Positions 58,310 through 64,000 of a stretch of DNA of 64,000 bases are shown here, one piece after another. Both the position numbers and the translations under genes were made by a program. Positions within the stretch are counted from its first letter, which is position 1. Each line of letters opens with the position of its first letter. A model generated the notes under the pieces. The model searched no databases and was not told the origin of the DNA. It saw only the letters and a list, made by a program, of their open reading frames with translations. Source of the stretch: the human T2T-CHM13v2.0 reference genome, Homo sapiens; NCBI RefSeq assembly GCF_009914755.1, contig NC_060931.1. One strand, 5' to 3'.

Positions 58310-58860
58310 TTTGTAGGTCTTTGTCTCCAAGTGACAGAAACCTACATCAAATTAGCCTAAGGACAAAAGAGCATGTATTGACTCCTGTAACTGGAAATCA
58401 AGTTAGGCTAGTGCTGGCTCTGGCATAATTGGATCCAGGCGTTCAAATATTGCCATCATGACCTCACTCTGGTTTTTCTTTCCTCCTTCTTTTCTTTCCC
58501 ATTCAGCCAAGTTTTCTCCATTCAACTGCAAAATAGCCCCCAGAAGCTCCAAGCTCTTATGTACCTTTGAGTTTATGATCCCAGAGATAGAGACAGATGC
58601 ACTGCCTCCCAGCATCCAGTTCCAATACCATAAAGATGATTTTATTGGCTTTACTTGGTTGTACACCCATCCTTTGAACCAATGACCTTAGCCATAGCTA
58701 TGGAGTGCCAAGATGGGCCAGACTGGGTCATGTGCCCACTCCTTAGGCAGGGGGTGGAAGAGGAATTGGAATTGGTGGTCCTACCAGAACCACATGGAAT
58801 GAGCAGGAAGTGGGGGGCAATTTAGAAAACAGAGGGGTGCTGGACAATGGTAACCTGCAC
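58310..58860. mobile_element. Old MLT1 (J/K-like) LTR
   Basis: gtgacagaaacc...aaattagcctaag...tggatccagg...ctgggtcatgtgcccac motifs. Confidence 0.6.
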
Positions 58861-59262
58861 CCTTGAGGTGTGAACTGAAGCAAACTGTGTCTGTATCGAA
58901 GATTTTTAAAAGAAACACAACCACGTGGCCACAATATCATTGTTGGGAGTTTGACATTTTCTTCTGAGTTCCCCCAATCTCTTCTTAGGAACAGTTTCAT
59001 CTTTTTCTGTTGATTTTCAGGTATTTCATCTGCTTGGGTAAGATTTCATTTTTTGCTCCAAGGCCTTTTACCAACTTCTGTTATGTCAAGAATAGAGTCA
59101 GCGGTACCTACAGCATTTGCAGGCAGTGACTCCAGTCCCTGCCAACACATTCATGCTTCCTTTCCAGTCTAAGTGTTTTCTACCCAAAGAAAAGTTTTTC
59201 TTTAATTCTGATGTATAACAGAGATGTAGAGTCAGAGTCAACATAAAAAAGACAACAAGTCA

Positions 59263-59679
<417 letters not shown>

Positions 59680-60332
59680 TCACTGTGCCAGAAATACTTG
59701 GTATGCAAGACGTAGTCTCCTCTCCTCAAGGTAGCTGCCCTTAGTAAAAAGCTCGCTGTACTAATTCACCTTTGAATCTTCTTCCTGTGTTTTTCTCCTT
59801 TTTTTTTTTCAGAGAACTGAACAAAAATGTAGAGTCTGCATCTCTTTACTCAGGAAAATAAGGTCTATAGTATCATTATAGTTTCAGAATGTACTTATCA
59901 CTTACATGTTATGTTTAAATTGGTGCTATCAAAATGCAAAGGCAACATGTCAGGTGGCTATTATATTCTAGGATACTCAAGCAAATAAATTTGCATTTAG
60001 GATTAACATATAAGGGGCTGCTTCACCTATGGAGTAGCCATTCTTGATTCCTTTACTTTCTTAGAATTAAAATACAAGGATCTTGACCTTCCACAGACCC
60101 AGCTGAGTGACAGTTCAGTGAGGAGCAAGAAGCTAGTGTTCACTTGTTATGTGCCATTAAATGGGTGGGCTCCTGTTAAGAAACATGCCAAAATGTTACC
60201 AGAAGTTGTCTCTGGAATACATGCAATATTGATTTTATTTTTTCTACTCTTCTATGCAAATTTTCTGCAATGAGCGCATACTACTTTCACGATAAAAATA
60301 ATGGAAAGAAATTACGTCTATATTCAATTATA

Positions 60333-60407
60333 TTAGGTTGGTGTAATAATCGCAGTTTTCATCATTAAAATATGGTGGAAACTGCGATTACTTTATTAGA
60401 AACCTAA
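60333..60407. mobile_element. MADE1 mariner-derived MITE (palindromic)
   Basis: TA|ttaggttggtg...taatcgcagttt...aaactgcgatta...aacctaa|TA. Confidence 0.82.
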
Positions 60408-61138
60408 TAAAAGTGGTTGGTCTATACCAAAGTTTGTTTAAGCAAGATCTACCTACTGAATGAGACTGGCTGGCAGCCAGCAAATGCCTCGGCTTGAACC
60501 CCACTCGTGACATTCTGTCCTGAGTCTGGAGAAAGGGTCCTGGAAGAGCTGGACTGGGTACCCACATCAGACCCTTTGCCGTGCCATTAGGCCATGAGCA
60601 CCAGAAGGTCTCTTAGGACAAGCCCAGAGGAGACTCTGGAGTGTAAGTAAGGTCTCCAGTGCCCAAGGTTTCAGACTGAACCAAGAAGAAGGGAATTTTC
60701 CCCAACTTACAGGAGTGAGGGCTGGGGTGGGGATGGGAGCGTGTCCATGTCGGTGAGAAGGGGCAGCCACAGGTGTGCCACCCTTCTTAGGAGCCTCAGG
60801 CCCCTGCCCTGAAAGCAGATGCTTCATTCTCAACCCTCTCCTCCCTGTGCCCTCCCCCAGCCATTTTCATCTGGCTCAAAACCTGTTCTTTAAGTTTTCC
60901 ATCGAGCCTGTTTATAAGACCAGCAAGAGTTTGTTGCTTATCTCTGAATCAGCTATTAATTGTCCTTATGATGCCTCAGCGACCACACACGAGCTGAAAA
61001 TGACTTGGCGTCATCTTTTGGATTCTCAGGATGACTTTTATCACCTTGAGAGACTTAAGCATGCTTAGTCATAGGATGTGCTAATATTGGGGCAGATCAT
61101 TATCACTAGTGTTGAAATTTAAACATATCGGAGTATAG

Positions 61139-61412
61139 TTTTCTTTCTTTTTCTTTTTTCTCTCTTTCTTTCTTTCTTTCTCTTTCTTTCCTTCCTTCCT
61201 TCCTTCCTTCCCTCCCTCCCTCTGTCTCTCTTTCTTTCTTTCTCTTTCTCTTCCTTCTCTCCCTCCCTCCCTCCTTCCCTCCTTCCCTCCTTCCCTTCCT
61301 GCCTCTCTCCCTTCCTCCCTCCCTCCTTCCCTCCTTCCCTTCCTGCCTGCCTCCCTCCATCCCTCCCTCTTTCCCTTCTTTTTCTCTTTCTCTCTTTTCT
61401 TTCTTTCTTTCT
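61139..61412 (+). repeat. ~270-bp polypyrimidine simple repeat (CTTT/CCTT/CCCT), the expanded tail of a minus AluJ (~61413-61703)
   Basis: seen directly in the sequence. Confidence 0.92.
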
Positions 61413-62142
61413 TGACAGGGTCTTGCTCCGTTGCCCAAGCTGGAGTGTAGTGGTGCGATCACAGCTCACTGTGGCCTTGACTTCACTGCAGCCTGTAGTG
61501 GCTTGAGGTGGCTCCAGTGATCCTCCCACCTCAGCCTCCCCAGTAGCTGAGACCACAGGTGTATACTACCATCCCTGGCTTTTTTTTTTTTTTTGGAGAG
61601 ACAGGGTCTCACCTTATTGTCCAGGGTGGTCTCAGACTCCTGGGCTCAGGCGATCCTCCTGCCAAAGTGCTGGGGTTATAGACATGAACCACTGTGCCCA
61701 GCCTGTTTGTTTGTTTGTTTGTTTTAAAGAAGAAAGAAAAGAAGAACCAACCCTACTGAGCCTACTGATCCTATAGTTGAAGTTTGCATACTTTTCTATA
61801 GCTAGATTAACTTTCATATTTTACTCTTTTTTGGTTAATAAGACCACTTTTGATGAAGACATGATCACCAAATCAGTCTGTTTCTATACTGGAGCAACAC
61901 ATGTGGAGATAACGGAAGGCTTAGAGCGACTGGTCTTACCAGAAGCTAACTAAAGTGGGCTGCCGTGGAGTGAAGCAAAGGAAAGTTTCATTAGGAAGCC
62001 TGGAATTTTCATTACGTCATAGACACTATGGATAATCTTATTTGCCACATGTAAATGTTAAAATAAGGAAATGGCTACAATTTATTTTTCCCCAAGATTG
62101 TAAATCAACCAATAAGTTCATATGAACAAGTAGCTTGCAATA

Positions 62143-62281
62143 GTGTTTTATTGAATCTAAGGTGCCATATATTATAAAATACATCATTGTTTTATGTATT
62201 ACTAAGAAAGAAAAAGCACTGCCATTGATCGCGAGATATTAAATGTGAAAAAGTGAGTCTTGGAATTAACAAAAGATGGTA
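62143..62281. mobile_element. MER104-like Tc2 DNA element
   Basis: ttattgaatctaaggtgcc...gtcttggaattaacaaaagatggta degenerate TIRs. Confidence 0.55.
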
Positions 62282-62469
62282 TGTCCTTCTATGTTTGATG
62301 AGCCCATTTTAACATCCTTCCTGTCCCCCTCCCATTAATATTTAAAGGTATTAGTTGACTACTTTGAGAACACTAATCACAATTAAAATAGATGCTCCAC
62401 TTTAAGCAACACAAATATGCCATTCACCGCTCAATGCCCTAATCATAATGACGTTTTAAGCACTAATGA

Positions 62470-62794
<325 letters not shown>

Positions 62795-64000
62795 TAGTTT
62801 GTGTTTCTTGAAGTGATTAAACAAAACAAGGGCTCAGTCATTAGGCAGATCAAGACAGCCATCACCAGGAGAAATGGCTGGGTCTTAAAGCATTCAAAGG
62901 ATTTGTAAATGAAAATGTCATTTTGTCTCACTCTTACCTTCGTGAGTACTTGTTCCTAACAAATCTTGGGATAATAACAGATTTTTTTTTTTTTTAGAAC
63001 CATCGCAGAAGGACTCCAAACTTAGGCTTATATTAATCAGTTCACCCCAGGCAGTTACGGCATGTTCTCCAGGAATATAACAGGCAGAGTTGTTCAGCAA
63101 GAGACTTTTCCTAGCAGAAGCTAAGAAAAAACTTAGCGGAGAAAATGTAGATGGAAAATGTCAGGAGAGAAATTGGGTTTCTATTTTGAGGCTAGTAAAA
63201 CCATTACGTCTTAATACATTCAGGTTCAGACTGATTCATAGCCAATGACCATGCAAGTTAAAGCCCGAGGGAGCACACCCCCACCACGGTGCAGTGGATT
63301 TTGGCTGTGTCAGGAGTCAGAGCATTGGAGGTAAGGGCTTGGTCTCAGTTTCCTCACCGAGGCTGTTGGACTGGGTGGTCTCCAAGCCCCTGTCCGTCTA
63401 TGATGCTATGGTCTCTCCAGAGGTCACTGTTGGGCCGCAAGCTGAACCCTGGGTCAGCCTCCCCTGCGAGGAGGTTTGGACTGAGCAACTGTGTCATGGT
63501 GCCAAGGACTTCTGTCTTCACACGGGCACAAGACCTCACACTTAAGGTTCCTGGGCCTTACAAAGTGGTCCCTGAAGTTATTCATCTTCCTTATGGGCTG
63601 TCACTACTCCCACAGAGATGCAGGAAACTCTGGCAGCACAAGATTTGCACCGAACTTGACAGGAGGCAGCCTGGGACAGGGAGACAGGGTGCCGGGAGCT
63701 CTCTTCTTGGCCTGCTTCCCTTGGGGGTTTTCAGTGCTTATCTCTTAAGTCAGTGAGGTTCTTTCTTCTTTTTTGTTTTTATTTTGTATTTTTTTTTTAA
63801 GTCAGTGAGATTCTTGTTGTGTCCCCCCACCCCAATCCCCAACATAGAGAATGTCCTACATCACAGTGCTGGGGTAAAGTGGATTTCTTTCTTTCTTTTT
63901 TTTTTTTTTTAAAGTCACAGTATTTGGGCCCTGGGGAATATAGTTCCTGGCATTCAAGAGAGGCTGCCTGTTAACTTCTGAATCAAGCCATTTCCTCTGC

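Noticed and set aside
61106-61556. Lys/Arg/Glu/Gly-rich ORFs on the minus strand
   Set aside because: Translation of the polypurine simple repeat
63289-63756. 155-aa ORF near the window end
   Set aside because: Non-ATG start, overlaps a MIR-like fragment, and shows no recognisable protein similarity or exon structure

Overview
Primate (almost certainly human) genomic DNA, AT-rich and dense in Alu, L1 and LTR repeats. The first ~35 kb (+ strand) hold the 3' part of a gene I recognise as PHTF2. I reconstructed ten coding exons by hand from AG/GT boundaries (547-702, 7018-7236, 15619-15747, 17939-18211, 18437-18568, 20609-20695, 27587-27742, 29526-29621, 31678-31803, 32767-32787). They splice into one uninterrupted 464-codon frame ending ...GFNLKLWKIKS*, followed by a ~2.35 kb repeat-free 3'UTR with a distal AATAAA at 35114. 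The remaining ~29 kb is intergenic and mostly transposon-derived: several solo LTRs with target-site duplications, and a Charlie1 DNA transposon split by a ~9.3 kb ancient L1 that itself contains an LTR and many Alus. Most ORFs in the supplied track are Alu or repeat translations. I see no clear-cut new multi-gene system. The best leads are: (i) all ten visible introns are phase 0, in a protein with five hydrophobic segments consistent with the proposed insect Or/Gr-like 7TM ion-channel fold; (ii) candidate truncating alternative terminal exons; (iii) Alu-bracketed stop-free circles; (iv) a miRNA-site-dense 3'UTR; (v) a 47-bp LTR fragment flanked by TSD-like repeats. Repeat subfamily names come from my recall of consensus sequences, and repeat coordinates are approximate.
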